Assembly (NCBI GenBank): GCA_905178155.1
Contig: CAJINV010000001.1
Span: 3,543,723 to 3,607,722, forward strand
DNA: 64,000 nt
Direction: 5' to 3'
Origin: Amoebophrya sp. A120
Lineage: Eukaryota > Protista > Dinoflagellata
Part shown: positions 13,055 through 25,354 of the stretch, in pieces
How the letters are laid out: each line of letters opens with the position of its first letter
How positions within the stretch are numbered: the stretch's first letter is position 1
Translations under genes and position numbers: made by a program
The notes under the pieces: generated by a model
Told to the model about the DNA's origin: nothing
The model's database searches: none
Seen by the model: only the letters and a program-made list of their open reading frames with translations

Positions 13055-14086
13055 GGGGCAAGGACTGCGGGTGGTGCCTGTCTGATGCAGATGTTTTGAA
13101 CCTAGCGCCAGTTTACTGGCGCAACGAAAATTAACGAAGGAAACGAATCAATAGTCCTCCAACGTTTATATCATTATTCAAAAATAGCTGCACAAGCTAA
13201 CAAGATCCAATATTTCAATCAAGTAACAGTAGAACTGCTAGTGCTTGAGCAGTCTACTACCAAAATTCGACATTATTCAGTATAGCGAAAACAAGTACAA
13301 ACGAGTTCCACATGTTCATTGTGGGAAACATCACCAATTCTTTTCGTTTGATTTGACTCATAAGCAGGAGATATGATCGGAAGAAACTATCACTTCCGAG
13401 CGACTGCGGTTGGGAAAGACTTGAAAAATCTTTCCCGCGGGTGAGGTCGAGGATCCGCGCAGGTCGCCGCAGAAGATTATCCCTGAAAACCTGGTCCTTA
13501 ATGACGAAAGCTTAAGCTTGTGAAACACTAACACACACTGTAGTTTTGAATGTAGTTGTGAATGCGATTGTGTCTGTGTCAGCAACAGCACCAAAACGCA
13601 CTTTGCCTCAAAAGATTGTCGAGAGCTGTTGTCGCTTGCAACGGTGGGACGGGAAGATTTCCCGCGCTGCCAGCGTCAGAGCTGCGACAGACAGACTTTC
13701 ACAGGAGGCCTCTTCCAATGTACCAGAAAAAGAACTAAAAAATGCGTTTGGTACGATTCAAAAACGATTTGCGAATGGAAAATTCTTTTGTATGAACAAG
13801 GCTAGTACAAGAAGAAGTTGAAACAGATATACACATCTGCTACCTCGTTTGCAGCTTCAAGGCCACTGTGCCTGCTTGTACACCGCTTACGCTGTTCATG
13901 CGGTGCTTTTTTCGACGCTGCCTTGGCCTCAACTGATGTTTTGTGGATGTGCAATTATTTTTCGCCGCCGGGTATACCTCAGAAGATAGAAAACAAAGCA
14001 AATGTACACTTCTACATACGGCAGTCAATGCAAAATGTAAGACAACGCCGACTACTAACTTGTTCCTGTCCCACGTCGCGTGGGTC

Positions 14087-14467
14087 ATGCTATCGAAAGT
14101 TGCGTGGTCGATCAGAGCATGGTCTCGCCTGTCGTCTTTCCTGCGCATCATGGTGGTCAACACGTGCTTCGTTGTGCGGCGGCAAAATGAAGGATTCTTT
14201 GTCCTAGCCAAGCGTGGCCGCAATCCGACCTACTACACGCAGCACCAGCAGCCGACAAAGCGGCGGGAGTGCGCCCGGACGGAAGCTTGTAAAGCGATAC
14301 ATCCGGAGGAAAACGAGAACTGTTTGGACGAGTGCGTCAGCCCTTTCTGCTTCGACCAGGTCTACGCCGGTGCGGAGAGACTCGAGCCGGGCGAGGTGGA
14401 CCCGCTCAAAAGATCGAAGTTCAACCACTGCATTCTAGAACGGGTAAATCAAAAAATGGAACTGTAG
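14087..14467 (+). CDS. Small Cys-rich DUF4787-like protein
   Basis: C..EC.....NENCLDECVSPFCFDQVY....LEPGEVD...F..C pattern. Start codon uncertain. Confidence 0.6.
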   Translation: MLSKVAWSIRAWSRLSSFLRIMVVNTCFVVRRQNEGFFVLAKRGRNPTYYTQHQQPTKRRECARTEACKAIHPEENENCLDECVSPFCFDQVYAGAERLEPGEVDPLKRSKFNHCILERVNQKMEL

Positions 14468-15375
14468 CGGCCGTGCAGAGATGACCTCTCGCGGTTTTTG
14501 TTCGCCGAGAGTCGGACTGTCGAACTACCAATCGCCCGTTGGGCGCTAGAAGTCCTATAGCCATCGATCCGAAAAGGGGAATGCTAGCTGCTCTGTGGTG
14601 CAAACCATTGAAGATGTTGGAGGTGTGATCTTTTTACGTAGAGCAATTTCGCCTGGGGAATATGAATGCTAGTTAGATTTGACTATCCTTCCATTATGAT
14701 TTTGTGCAGCGGGTCGAGCAGCGCTCCGCACCTCGTTCTCCTTCGGAGAAATAGCATTTTTTTTTCTGATGCATTCATCGATCCCAACCCGCAATCATGT
14801 TCGTCTTCGTTGCTGCCGTTGATCCTTTGTGCATTGCCCATCGTGAAAACCAAGATTAGCTTTGCAGTCTTCTTCGGTTTCGTTCATGATTTAGCCAATA
14901 TCGTGCATCACGTTTACTTTCGTCTTCGTGTGTGTGTCACCGCATTGCCTTCGTGCAAAAGTCGTTCTTGCCGCAGAACGCTGCCCATCGGTCGCGAGTA
15001 TAACGTCCGACATAAAAATCGTAAACTAGTAACATACGATCATTAACTCTGATGGATTCTCAAAAACAGTGCAAGTAGAGTAAAATTAGCCTTTTCCTAT
15101 ACGTATCCCGATGTAAACATGAAAGGTACTAAACTCCCCCGTATGTTTTGACCCTTCTTCTACCAATTTGAATGTGTCTCGCTCCCAGATCGTGAATGTT
15201 TTCAATTACCCCGGTCAGGATCTAATACGTAGACTTTTCTGCTCCAGCACACGACGAAAAATTATCTGCAAAATAAAGCGCACGTACAGTATCGACTGGG
15301 CGTAGTTGCTAATGGTTGCTGCACCAGCAGTCGTAGAACATCTCAGGGGCGATTCGTGAAGGTCTTCATTCTACG

Positions 15376-18300
15376 GTGGAAGGAAAGCTGTTCTACTCTC
15401 GCGGTGAAAGGACCACAAGGGAAGCAATGTGCGGCTTCGCCAGCCGAAGGGTGCTTGCGCGCGCCCTCTATGCCGCAGTGTTGCACTGGAGCGAGCGCGG
15501 GGATTTTGTCTTCGGATTCAACCTCCTGAATAGTCACGGACCGAATAGACGAAGACCGGAGGAGGGAAATAAAGCTAGCGCCGCGAGGGATAACAATATT
15601 CGCGTCGGACAGAAGAGGAGCGCGAGCCTAGGCAGCAAAGATTCGCTCACAAGTGCTAGTACTGTTAAAGTGAAAGCTACAGATGAAGACGACATACCAT
15701 CATATTATGCGTCTGGTGAAGCTGCAACAAGTAGCGTCACAGAGGTCGTCGCAAGAGCTGATGCGGATGAACCCGAACTACGGGCGGGAACCCGTCGGTA
15801 CACGCCACCCAGGCACGAGGATTTTCAAAATTTTCCGAACTCGGAGGAAGATGTCGAAGACGAGGCATTTATCAACTTGTTATCGTCGGACGATGAAATG
15901 GAGGCGATTCACGGACGAGATACATCAACACCACCCGACCGCAGCGGCACAAGCACATGGAAAACAACACTGCTCCCACCTCACGAGGACGAAATCGACA
16001 GCAACAATTCTCATGATGCGGACAGCAGCAGGAGCAGCAGGCCGGTCGGAGCTGCTGCAAAAATAGACCGTGGAGGAGGACGAAGACCAACGACGAGCAG
16101 GCACGCACGGTCAACATCTTCCTCGCGTCGACCTAGTGTAGTGCTATTAGAGACAGAAGGAAAGATGACCACGTCGACCCAGAGAACAGATGATCTCCCT
16201 AATAATCACCAGGATGGAGGAGGACGCACCTCCACGTTGATCACCACGAAGACCATGAACGTTCTGTGTATGGCGGTGTTGTTCACCATCCTGCCGTGCT
16301 TGGTGTTCATCCTGATCATGTGCGTGGATACGGAGCGCATCTCCGTGAAGGAGACCGAGAAGCTGTTTGGCACGGTGTGCCCCGGGTTCGAGGCCTTCAC
16401 CGACAGCACGCAACGGTTCACGTTCGCGGACCAAAACACGCAAACCACCACGACGAAGGCCGAGGAGGCGGCACGGCACATCATTTGCTCCGACGCGGAC
16501 GGCGAGCCCCTGTGCTACGCGCTGGTGAACTTCCAACAGGGTGCCCTGGTCGCGCTGGTCGAGGATTTCCTGGACGAGTTTGGCGGCGACGGGGCGGACC
16601 CGGACGCCATAGACACCGGCATGTTGTTCGACCGAATCGACGCCTACCTGGACGAGGGGGTGGGCACCGGGCACGGGCCCGCCGCGCCGGAGATGACGCC
16701 GGCGGAAAAAGAGAAGATGAAGAAGACGTTTTTCGGGCGGAAAAACCCGAAGGGTCGGCAGGGTGCAGCCGCAGCGAAGGACCAGCAAGCCGCGCAGCTC
16801 GTCGGCAGCATCCGACGCAGTCTCGACAAGATGGCCGCGGAAGGCAAGAAGAGCGGCATGCGCGTGGAGAAGTCCGGGGTTCTTCGCTCCGAAAAGAGCG
16901 GAGTCATGCATGGCGGGCTCCTGCTTCCGGGGGACCAACAAAGGGGCGGAAGCAGACATGTGAATTTTGCAAGTAGCAACAAAACGATCAACCAGACCCT
17001 GGCGCCAGAAAGAATGAATGCGTCCGCGGCGTCGAAGAACTCGAAAAATAGTCTTCAGATCAATCCTAACATCCCACCGGGCGCGGGCGGCGGACAAATC
17101 TTTCGCATAACGCACGACGAGGATAACGAACGCGCGACCGAGGGTCACTTTGGTCGCGGGGAGGAAGACGAGGCGGACCCCCTGGCCGCTGACGACCCCC
17201 TGGCGGAAGGGGAAGGCGAGTCTACTCGTAGTTTAGCGCTGCTTTCTGGCATTGATGAGGACCACGCCAGCGACGGAGAATCTTTCACGAGCGAGATCGA
17301 AGAGCTCATTGACGAGGCAGAAGAGCTGCCGATTGCGTTGGCTCTGCAACAGGAGTTTCAGGGATCTTCACGAGAAGCCACGACCCCTGCGTCCTCGGGC
17401 AGAGGTACAACAACTCCCCGGCGGGACCACCGGCGGGCCGAAGGCAGCGCGACAAAGACGTATGGGCGAAATTCTACGCAGGAATTTTTACTGTTGTCAG
17501 CTTCGGGAGATCCTGCCACGTTCCCGCCGGACGGCCTCACTCCAGCTGCGAGAGGCGGTGCGCACATGACTGATCTATCCGCAGGCGCCCGCGAACGGGG
17601 GAAGGCGAACTTCCGACGCATTGTGCGGAAGCTGATCGCCATTCAGCAGGGCGATTTTGCGCAGCTTAGTTGGCGTGACGTGGCTCTCCACGGCCGGGGT
17701 GCGCTTGGGGAGTCGATTCTGCACATCTGCCTGTTCCTGAACACGCCCGCCCACCGCGTGCTGGTGCACTACCTGGTGGTGAAACTCGGACACCGCGTAT
17801 GCTGGCAACGCGAGTTCCAGGCCACCACCCTGCGGGAAAAGAAGGACGACGACCCGAACGACTTAGAATACCGCAAGGGAACCGAGAAGGATGAGCAGGG
17901 CCACGCGTCGCCGGAAGATTCCGGCCTCTACGGGTCCCTGCACAAAGGCAAACGCGCGGGGAAGCGGAAGCGCCCCCCCGCCCAACCGCGGCCGGAGGGG
18001 GAGCAGCTCCCCGGGGCGAACCCGCTGGTGCTGGCGGAGGGCGAAAAATCGGGCCGGGGAAGACCTCGGATCGAGGAAGGAGCAGCTGAGGACAACAACG
18101 AGGCGCAAATTCCGACGCGGGATCTGGCGAGTGGCCAGGATGTGGGGAACGTGAAAAAGCGTGCCATTGCGTACGTGAGCGCGGCCTACACGGTGCGCGC
18201 CTACCGGGGGGAGACCGCGCTGCACATCGCCATCATGAACGACGACCTGCTGTCGGTCGAGCTGCTGATCGACCACGGGGCGGACCTCACCGCGCAGGTG

Positions 18301-20595
18301 ACCGGGTCGTTTTTCACGGGCCGGCTGTACAGCGGGGCGCTGCCGCTGTCGTGCGCCGCGGTGCACGCGAGCACGGAGATGGCGGTGCTGCTGATCGCCC
18401 GGAATGCCAACCCGCTGCTGGGGGACGTGTACGGCAACACGTTCCTGCACATCGCGGTGCTGCACGGCCGCGAGGACCACTGCCGGTCCTTCCACGAGTT
18501 CTTCCCCGACCTGTTTCACCGGTCCATGCGATCGCGCAACGGCTCGGCCCTCACGCCGCTGGCGCTCTCCGTGTGCACGGGGCAGGCGTCGCTCTTTTCG
18601 GTCTTGTTGGAATTAGACAGTGAAATCGTCTGGTCCTACGGGCCCATGACCTGCCGAAAAATCCCTCTGCTCGTGCTGGACTCCCTGCTCGCCAAGCAGG
18701 TGCCCAACGAGGCAAATTTCGAGGATTTCGAAGAGGTGGACTACAACGAACACGACGGCGCCCTCGTCCCCGGCTCCGTGCGGACCACAGCGGCTTCGCA
18801 GGCCGTCTCCGCGGCGAAGGGACAAAGGATTGGGGGCGAGGACACGTTAACCGCTTCGGAGGACGAGCTGGAGGTGAGCTTTTCGCTCTTCAAAAAGAAA
18901 AAGAAAAAAACCACCGCCGCGGAACAACAACAAGCCGGCGATGCCAAGAACAAGGTGAAGGACAACTTCGGAGGCGTGGCGGTTACGACGGCAGCGAAGA
19001 GCTTGGCGCCGGTGAAAGACTACGGCGGCAAGGGGAAGCAACGGGACTCCGTCGTGGAGACGGTTCTGCGGTTCCGGAAAAAGCCCATGCTGTCCGCGTT
19101 GGAGATCTTGTCGACACTGCGGCTCTCGTCGCTGTGCGGCACGCCCATCATCGTCGAGCTGCAGATGGGTAAGTGGGACCAGTACGCGCGGAAGCTGAAC
19201 TACGCGTACCTGTTTGTGGACCTGATCATTTTATTCCTGCTGGTTCTCAGCCTGTCCCACGTGGTGCCCGCGGCGGTGTCGCTCTTTACGCTGATCGGGT
19301 TCGCCGTGCTCGAGATATCGGTGCAGATGCACTTTCGGGGGTGGAAGAAAATGATTCGGTCCTACCCTACCTCCGGGCTCGTAGCCAAGTTCGTGTTCTC
19401 CGCGCTGCTGACCGTAGGGTACGTGTTGGAGCTGGTGGGGGGGGATGAGGAGAACGCGTACAAAGTGTCCACTAGCACCTACTTGTACGCGATTGCGTCC
19501 ATCATCGGGATGCTCAAGTTTATGGTGTACCTGCGCCCGTTCCGGCTGATCGGGCCCTTTATTGTGATCATCGAAAAGATTCTGGTACACGACTTCTTGA
19601 TCTTTATGGTCATCTACCTGGTATTCACGATTGGCTTCCTGGCGTACTTTATCGCTGTCATAACGCACGGCGGTCTCACACTCGCCGGAGGCGATAATAC
19701 CGCGCTTGGGTCGAGAGGATCTGGGTCCACAGGCCAGCACCTTGATTTTTCGAATGCGAGCAATGGAACTACAGCAGGAACATCAAGCGCGGCCGCGTCA
19801 GCACTAGTACAGTTGCAAGTCGATGAGGGGCGCGGAAGAAGAATTTCGGATAGTAATTTCCCCAGAATACATCCGGCGCCGTTTGACCATCTGTTGGGTG
19901 GGGGTGCACCGCATGAAGATCTTCTGGGCACGTCTAGTACATCAGACCCGACCACCCCCACACCGTCCGCGCACCCGTCGCTTCCCACCGGCCCGTTTGA
20001 GGTGTGGCACTTTCTGTTCGCTGCCAGTCTGGGGGAGCTCAGTGACCAGATTCACAACGCGGAGTGGCCGATCACCACCTTGATGTTGTACGAGTGTTAC
20101 GTGTTCCTTTCGGCGTTGCTGGCCATGCCCCTGCTGATTTCTATGATGTCGGATACTTACTCCCGTATCCGGGTGGACGCGCGCAACGAGTGGGTGCTCG
20201 AGCGGATAAAGACGATCCTGACCGTGGAACGGTCCGCCCTGGCAAACTTCCTGCCGCTCAGTAAGATGCGGCCCAAGCACCAGGAGCGGACGAACGACCT
20301 GGTGTTGAGCAACGGGCGACGGGTGGAGAACTGGGTCCTGCTCATGCAGGAGTTCAACGACCCGTATGCGAACGCTGCCGGACCGGTGATCGCCGAAGAC
20401 CCGATCACGCAGCAGCCGATCACGCAACCGCAGACCCAGCAGATTCAGATTCAAAATGGCCCGGACGCGTTCTCGTCGTTCAATCCGGCTGCCATGTCGA
20501 TGACGATGAACAGATTCACCAGGGCCTCGACCACCCACGTCGGCGGGGCTCCTGGAGCCGCGGCGAAGAGCTTCAGAAGCCACAAACTGGTCTGA
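15376..20595 (+). CDS. TRPV-like ankyrin-repeat cation channel
   Basis: Ankyrins GESILHI, GETALHIAI, LYSGALPLSCAA, GNTFLHIAV, LTPLALS. WSYGP linker. Six TM segments with S4-S5 IGPFIVIIEKILVHDFLIFMVIYLVF, S6 LLISMMSDTYSRI and a TRP-box-like EWVLER. First ATG at 15427; true start uncertain. Confidence 0.85.
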   Translation: MEGKLFYSRGERTTREAMCGFASRRVLARALYAAVLHWSERGDFVFGFNLLNSHGPNRRRPEEGNKASAARDNNIRVGQKRSASLGSKDSLTSASTVKVKATDEDDIPSYYASGEAATSSVTEVVARADADEPELRAGTRRYTPPRHEDFQNFPNSEEDVEDEAFINLLSSDDEMEAIHGRDTSTPPDRSGTSTWKTTLLPPHEDEIDSNNSHDADSSRSSRPVGAAAKIDRGGGRRPTTSRHARSTSSSRRPSVVLLETEGKMTTSTQRTDDLPNNHQDGGGRTSTLITTKTMNVLCMAVLFTILPCLVFILIMCVDTERISVKETEKLFGTVCPGFEAFTDSTQRFTFADQNTQTTTTKAEEAARHIICSDADGEPLCYALVNFQQGALVALVEDFLDEFGGDGADPDAIDTGMLFDRIDAYLDEGVGTGHGPAAPEMTPAEKEKMKKTFFGRKNPKGRQGAAAAKDQQAAQLVGSIRRSLDKMAAEGKKSGMRVEKSGVLRSEKSGVMHGGLLLPGDQQRGGSRHVNFASSNKTINQTLAPERMNASAASKNSKNSLQINPNIPPGAGGGQIFRITHDEDNERATEGHFGRGEEDEADPLAADDPLAEGEGESTRSLALLSGIDEDHASDGESFTSEIEELIDEAEELPIALALQQEFQGSSREATTPASSGRGTTTPRRDHRRAEGSATKTYGRNSTQEFLLLSASGDPATFPPDGLTPAARGGAHMTDLSAGARERGKANFRRIVRKLIAIQQGDFAQLSWRDVALHGRGALGESILHICLFLNTPAHRVLVHYLVVKLGHRVCWQREFQATTLREKKDDDPNDLEYRKGTEKDEQGHASPEDSGLYGSLHKGKRAGKRKRPPAQPRPEGEQLPGANPLVLAEGEKSGRGRPRIEEGAAEDNNEAQIPTRDLASGQDVGNVKKRAIAYVSAAYTVRAYRGETALHIAIMNDDLLSVELLIDHGADLTAQVTGSFFTGRLYSGALPLSCAAVHASTEMAVLLIARNANPLLGDVYGNTFLHIAVLHGREDHCRSFHEFFPDLFHRSMRSRNGSALTPLALSVCTGQASLFSVLLELDSEIVWSYGPMTCRKIPLLVLDSLLAKQVPNEANFEDFEEVDYNEHDGALVPGSVRTTAASQAVSAAKGQRIGGEDTLTASEDELEVSFSLFKKKKKKTTAAEQQQAGDAKNKVKDNFGGVAVTTAAKSLAPVKDYGGKGKQRDSVVETVLRFRKKPMLSALEILSTLRLSSLCGTPIIVELQMGKWDQYARKLNYAYLFVDLIILFLLVLSLSHVVPAAVSLFTLIGFAVLEISVQMHFRGWKKMIRSYPTSGLVAKFVFSALLTVGYVLELVGGDEENAYKVSTSTYLYAIASIIGMLKFMVYLRPFRLIGPFIVIIEKILVHDFLIFMVIYLVFTIGFLAYFIAVITHGGLTLAGGDNTALGSRGSGSTGQHLDFSNASNGTTAGTSSAAASALVQLQVDEGRGRRISDSNFPRIHPAPFDHLLGGGAPHEDLLGTSSTSDPTTPTPSAHPSLPTGPFEVWHFLFAASLGELSDQIHNAEWPITTLMLYECYVFLSALLAMPLLISMMSDTYSRIRVDARNEWVLERIKTILTVERSALANFLPLSKMRPKHQERTNDLVLSNGRRVENWVLLMQEFNDPYANAAGPVIAEDPITQQPITQPQTQQIQIQNGPDAFSSFNPAAMSMTMNRFTRASTTHVGGAPGAAAKSFRSHKLV

Positions 20596-21374
20596 TAATG
20601 CGCCGGTCGGGTGCTCGGAATCACTTATTTTGATGTATGATGATTTATTTTTTAACATTTACTTTTTCTACACTACAGGTCACTAGCTATTTCTGGAAAT
20701 TTTTATTTTGCACGGCTACGTGTCGGAGCTTCAGCTTCAGCTTTTCTTTTTACGAGGAGCTCCATTTTCTGGTACTGGTTGAGGAAAATAGAGGAGATAA
20801 GCGCAACGCTTTTAGCTTTGTTTTTCGCCAAATACCTACTACAGTTTTGAAATTTAAAATTTTCTTTTATCTAGTACTAGTTTGTCGGCAGGAGCCGACT
20901 GTTACTAGCTTTTTACCCACGCTACTAACTACCATCATGCTAAGCGAAGCGAAGCTTCTCGCAAGGAGCAGCGTAGCAACAACATTTCTAGACCCTTTCA
21001 ATTCCATTTATTACGGTTTCCAACATTGCAGCGCCCTCGCATAGGCCGTTCAAAGACCCAAAGTCTACGGGGTTGAGTGCCTGTTCGGTTCGTATTCGCT
21101 CGTCGTCGTCGTCGTCGTTGTCGTCGGGCGTACTTCATCTCCTCGCCCCCTTGATATTGCCATATCTTGCAGCTTCTTGAGTCTGCTTCGTCTTCGCCAA
21201 GGATCCACTCGCCAGAGACGAGAGAGTCGCACGAGCGTGAGTCAGAGTTCGTTTGCACAAGAGTTCGTAGTTGCCTTGTAACGGGCGGCTGCTCCTTGAA
21301 TTTTTGATCATCCGCCGACTAGGCAGACCAGGAGCAAATAATTTTCATGTGAGCGAGGGCGAGCACGCCATGGT

Positions 21375-22243
21375 GTGAAGACTATGGGCTGGTTTGGTAG
21401 CATCTTCGACGTTCTTTCAGGCCCAGCTAATCTTGACGATGGGCGCGACCACCATCAGGAGATTACGCGCTCAGGGGCCCCCGAGTTGGCGCACTTGCAC
21501 CAACAGCAGCTTCCGGGTGCCCGGTCGCGCAACTATCTGGGCAGCCGACGACATCAGCTTTTTTCGCAGGTACAATTGCGCAGTGGCACCAACATCAAGA
21601 CCTCGTTCGGCACGCAGGACGATTACTACTGGTACTTTTTTCCGGATAAAGATCGACAGTCGCTGCTCGAGCGTGTTCCGTTGTTCAGTGAGATTGACAA
21701 TCTCGGTTTCGTGCCGCAGAAGCTGGACTCCATCGCGCGGCAACAGGGTATGTTCAGCGATGGCGGAGAGTTCACGACGTGCTTCCGCCGTCCCCTGGCG
21801 CAGCGCCGCCCCGGCAAGGGCCAGCCGATGGTATATCCAAGCTTTCGGCAAGTGCACGCGGCCGGGTTCGAAACGGCTACGGGGAGCAAGTTGGTGCGGT
21901 ACCTACTGCCGTCCACAACCTATGCAAAGCTTCCCGGTGATCGAGACCGCGCCATCGGGGCCCGATTTAACCAGGGCACGGCGGATTCGCCGGACTGGAT
22001 CTGGTGTCTGTGGAACAATATGCATTGCAAAAGTATCGTACTACGTATAAATTGCATTACAAATTTTCCCAAGAAAAAAACTCAATTTGTCATGCTATTT
22101 CAGGTAGAAATTTGGATTTATCATGCATATCTGCAATTAGTACGAGTGCAATACTTTTGCACAGGATAAGCAAGGTGTACAAGGACGATGTCAAGACCTC
22201 AGACTTCATTCGGAAAGACACACCTGGGCTATGGATACTGTAA
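21375..22243 (+). CDS. Hypothetical protein interrupted by a TIR-bounded intron
   Basis: The ORF from 21375 joins the 22004..22243 frame when 22019-22173 is removed (CLWNKVYKDDVKTSDFIRKDTPGLWIL*). Confidence 0.5.
22019..22168. mobile_element. Introner/MITE-like element 1 (150 nt)
   Basis: Left end tatgcattgcaaaagtatcgtactacgtataaattgca vs reverse complement of right end tatcctgtgcaaaagtattgcactcgtactaattgca. Flanks aacaa/agcaa (5 bp, 1 mismatch). Confidence 0.6.
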
Positions 22244-23117
22244 CAGTGTTGACCGTGTTCACGTGGTGGTACGGCTTTTGCTGTTAATAGCTGCAGACGA
22301 GATCGAGAAGAGAGCTCTCATGTTGTCAGGGCCAGATAATGAACATGAACTGTTGATGTGGACTTGGAATGTTTGCGAGCGAATGAGCCCATTAAAGAGA
22401 CGGCTGTCCTCGGTGGACAGAAGAGCTTCGACGGAAAAGAGTCATACTTTTTTGGTGTCCGTGTTTCATGTCAAATGACCCAGGAGAAGATCGAGCTTCA
22501 TTTGAGTTGATATACTTGTGTTCACCACCAGGATTGGAAAACTTCGGTTCTTCGTGATCGGTCTAGCAGAAGTAGGAACGTGTACATGATTGGGGAACTA
22601 AGAAGTACTGGCTCGACAGGGAAAAAAGTACATCGGTGTCTTTATTTCTGTTGCAACGAGCAGATTGAAGATTATGATTAAGGTCAAGTTCATGATAGAA
22701 GATCGGGCGCTTTGATCGCCGGGCCTGAAACCCGAGCGCACGAATCGCAATCGCGTAGGTGATGTCGTTGTTGCCTTTCATCTTTTAAGTTGTGTCTTCA
22801 AAATCTATCTTCGACCGTTCTAGTACCTGGCTATAATTCTGTGTTTATTTTTGGCAGGACTTGAAGCAACGGCAACGCCCAAGAGACGTCGTTCCCCTGG
22901 TAGCAGATAGGCAATTGACAGTCATTGCAGCTATTGCTATTAGTGCTTGACTCGCTCGGTATTCAGGAAGGCGAAGGAGAGGTCGCACAACGACATAATA
23001 ATTCAGTAGATCGAAGATCTCGCGGCTGCATAGCAGGATCGATTTTTACTTTGCCGAGTGTACAAATACACACACAGGATCGGGTTCTTCTTGAGAAGGT
23101 TTCAGATGTTTTCTTAA

Positions 23118-25354
23118 ATGCCCGACAGGGCTTCCATAATGCCCGAGGACGAAGAGAACAACCCTGTAGTTGTAACTGCATCGGCGGAGCAAGGCGCAGG
23201 AGGCCTCTCACAATCGGAAATGGCGGAACAGGTGACCCCGGAGAAGCCCAAAGACGCAGGAGCCTCGACTTCCGCCCCGCCCGAGGATGCGGACCAAGCG
23301 CCGACGCCGCCGCGCCTGTATTGGCTGGATTGGTGCCGCACCCAGAGCGTGTGGAACGTGGTATGCGGCCATGTGTGGTGGACGATAAGTGACGAGACGG
23401 AGTTCGCGCAGAGTCAAAACGAGACGTACCGGTTTGCGGATTTGGGAAACAACAAGATTCCGAAGCCCGGCAAGGTGTTGACAAACAAGGTCACCGACCG
23501 GGTGTGGAAGAACAACGTGATGTTTAGCAATGTGTATATGACGTACACGAACAACGGGAGCGTCGCGCTCACCGAGTCCATGGCCCGCCAGCGCGAAAAC
23601 AGCAACATGTGGGAGTACGTCGTGGAGCAGGGCACGCTGCACACCATCCCGCTCTTTTTCCTACTGTCCGGCTACATCAGTGCGGCGGTTTCCGGGTTCA
23701 AGGGGCGGAACACAGTCGCTCCGGTCCTGGATCAGTACCTCGACAAAACGCCGGATAGTACCACAGGAGGAGCAGAATTTCCGAAACTCGAGAAGTACGT
23801 GGAAAAGCTGAGTTCGAAGGTGGGCGAAGACGCCTTCCACCACTTTTGCGCCCGCCGGTTCAAGCGGTTGATACTTCCGTTTATTTTCGGGTCCGTGTGC
23901 AGCGTGATCCCCCGGTCTCTGATGCGAGACGAATTCGGGGCGCTCACTGTGATCGAGTCAGAAATGTGGTTCTTGTACGCGCTCTGGGGCTTCGCGTGCG
24001 CCAACTACGCCTGGGGCCAGTACGCGCACTACTACAAGGCGTTATTCGAAATGGACTACGTGAAAGCCGGACAGAGGTGCATACTGGGCGAGGGTACTTG
24101 ATTTTTGAAACCGCAACGTGAATTTGTTCCATTTTTTTTGCAACACTCTCCATGCTGGATCAGAGTTGTTCCAAAGGCTATTTTTGAGAACTTTGATGTT
24201 CATAGAGCAGGTGGCTATGGAAAAAGAAATAAAAACCTAATTATGCATTGCAGTTGCCGCTCCGGCCTCCGATGCTTTCAAAGAGCAGCGTGGAATGGTG
24301 CAAAAGTGGTGCTTGATCTACGGCGTCGTGGCGCAGCTGGTGAACTGGGTGATTCCGGTGGTCGCAAACGTGGTCTTTAATTCGGACGGCATGAAGACCT
24401 GGTGGTGGTTGACGCTGGGCGTCACCTGCCTGATAACCATGGTCCTGCAGTTCTTTGCGCTCTTCATGCTTTCCGGATCGCAGAAGGGTATGCACCTGCT
24501 CGCGACGCAGTGCGTCGTGCTGTTTTCCATCGTGATGTTTATCCCGATGACCTTCGTGCTGGCGGCACCGCGCCTGAAGGAAGACGCCGAGTCGGACTTT
24601 TTGAGCGTGAACATGTGGTTCGTCATGATGCTGTTTGAGATGCTGTACATGTTCGGCTACTTCCTCGCCCTCTTCCAGTCGCACCTGTCCCACGTGCGGC
24701 GAATGCTGCTGCCGAACCACACCTTTGGCGTCGTTATCCTGCTTTTGTCGGCCATATGGCCGGTCGCCACCTTCTGGGGGGCGCGGTCGGCACGACGGGT
24801 CGGGCCGTTTCTGACCTTCTACGACGACCAACAAAGACTCCTTGGACTGCTCAGGAGCTGGCTCTGGATGGCCGTGCTCGCAGGTAAGTAGTTAATATGC
24901 TGGTTAGGTGGAAGGATAAGTTTGTTGCATTGATCTGTTTCGGTTACCATCTGTGAATGCTTTTTTCCAGTGATTTTAGTCTTTCTTTCGCCGTAGTTCG
25001 TTGTGGAATAGTGATATACGCATGGGTCATGTGGTCGTGATTGCGCGGCAAATTTAGCGGACCGAAAATATCCAAAACAAAACAAAACGACCAGCCTTCG
25101 CCTACTATTTCGCAAACGGGACGGTGACACCTGCGGTCCACAAACACATCACGCAGAGTGCAATGGTGGTGTACGTTTTTCACCGGTTCGCTGAGGAGCT
25201 GTGGTTGCGGGCCCTGCTGGAAAAGGACAGCAATCGGGACGAGATTGCCGCTAGCACGATAGTGCTGGTGCTGCTCAGCTGCATGGGGTTATACGCGATC
25301 TTACAATCCAATTGGGTCACCCGACTGATGTTCGGATTAACCAAAATCGCCTAG
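23118..25354 (+). CDS. Acyltransferase family 3 (OpgC/MdoC-like) multi-pass membrane protein
   Basis: RLYWLDWCR, IPLFFLLSGY, RRFKRLILPFIFG, MWFLYAL, VYVFH. Exons 23118-24093, 24254-24883, 25095-25354 (GT-AG, phase 1). Confidence 0.8.

Noticed and set aside
21099-21126. (TCG)n run, with similar TCG-rich tracts near 58160-58245
   Set aside because: Simple microsatellite-like sequence with no support for function from sequence alone.
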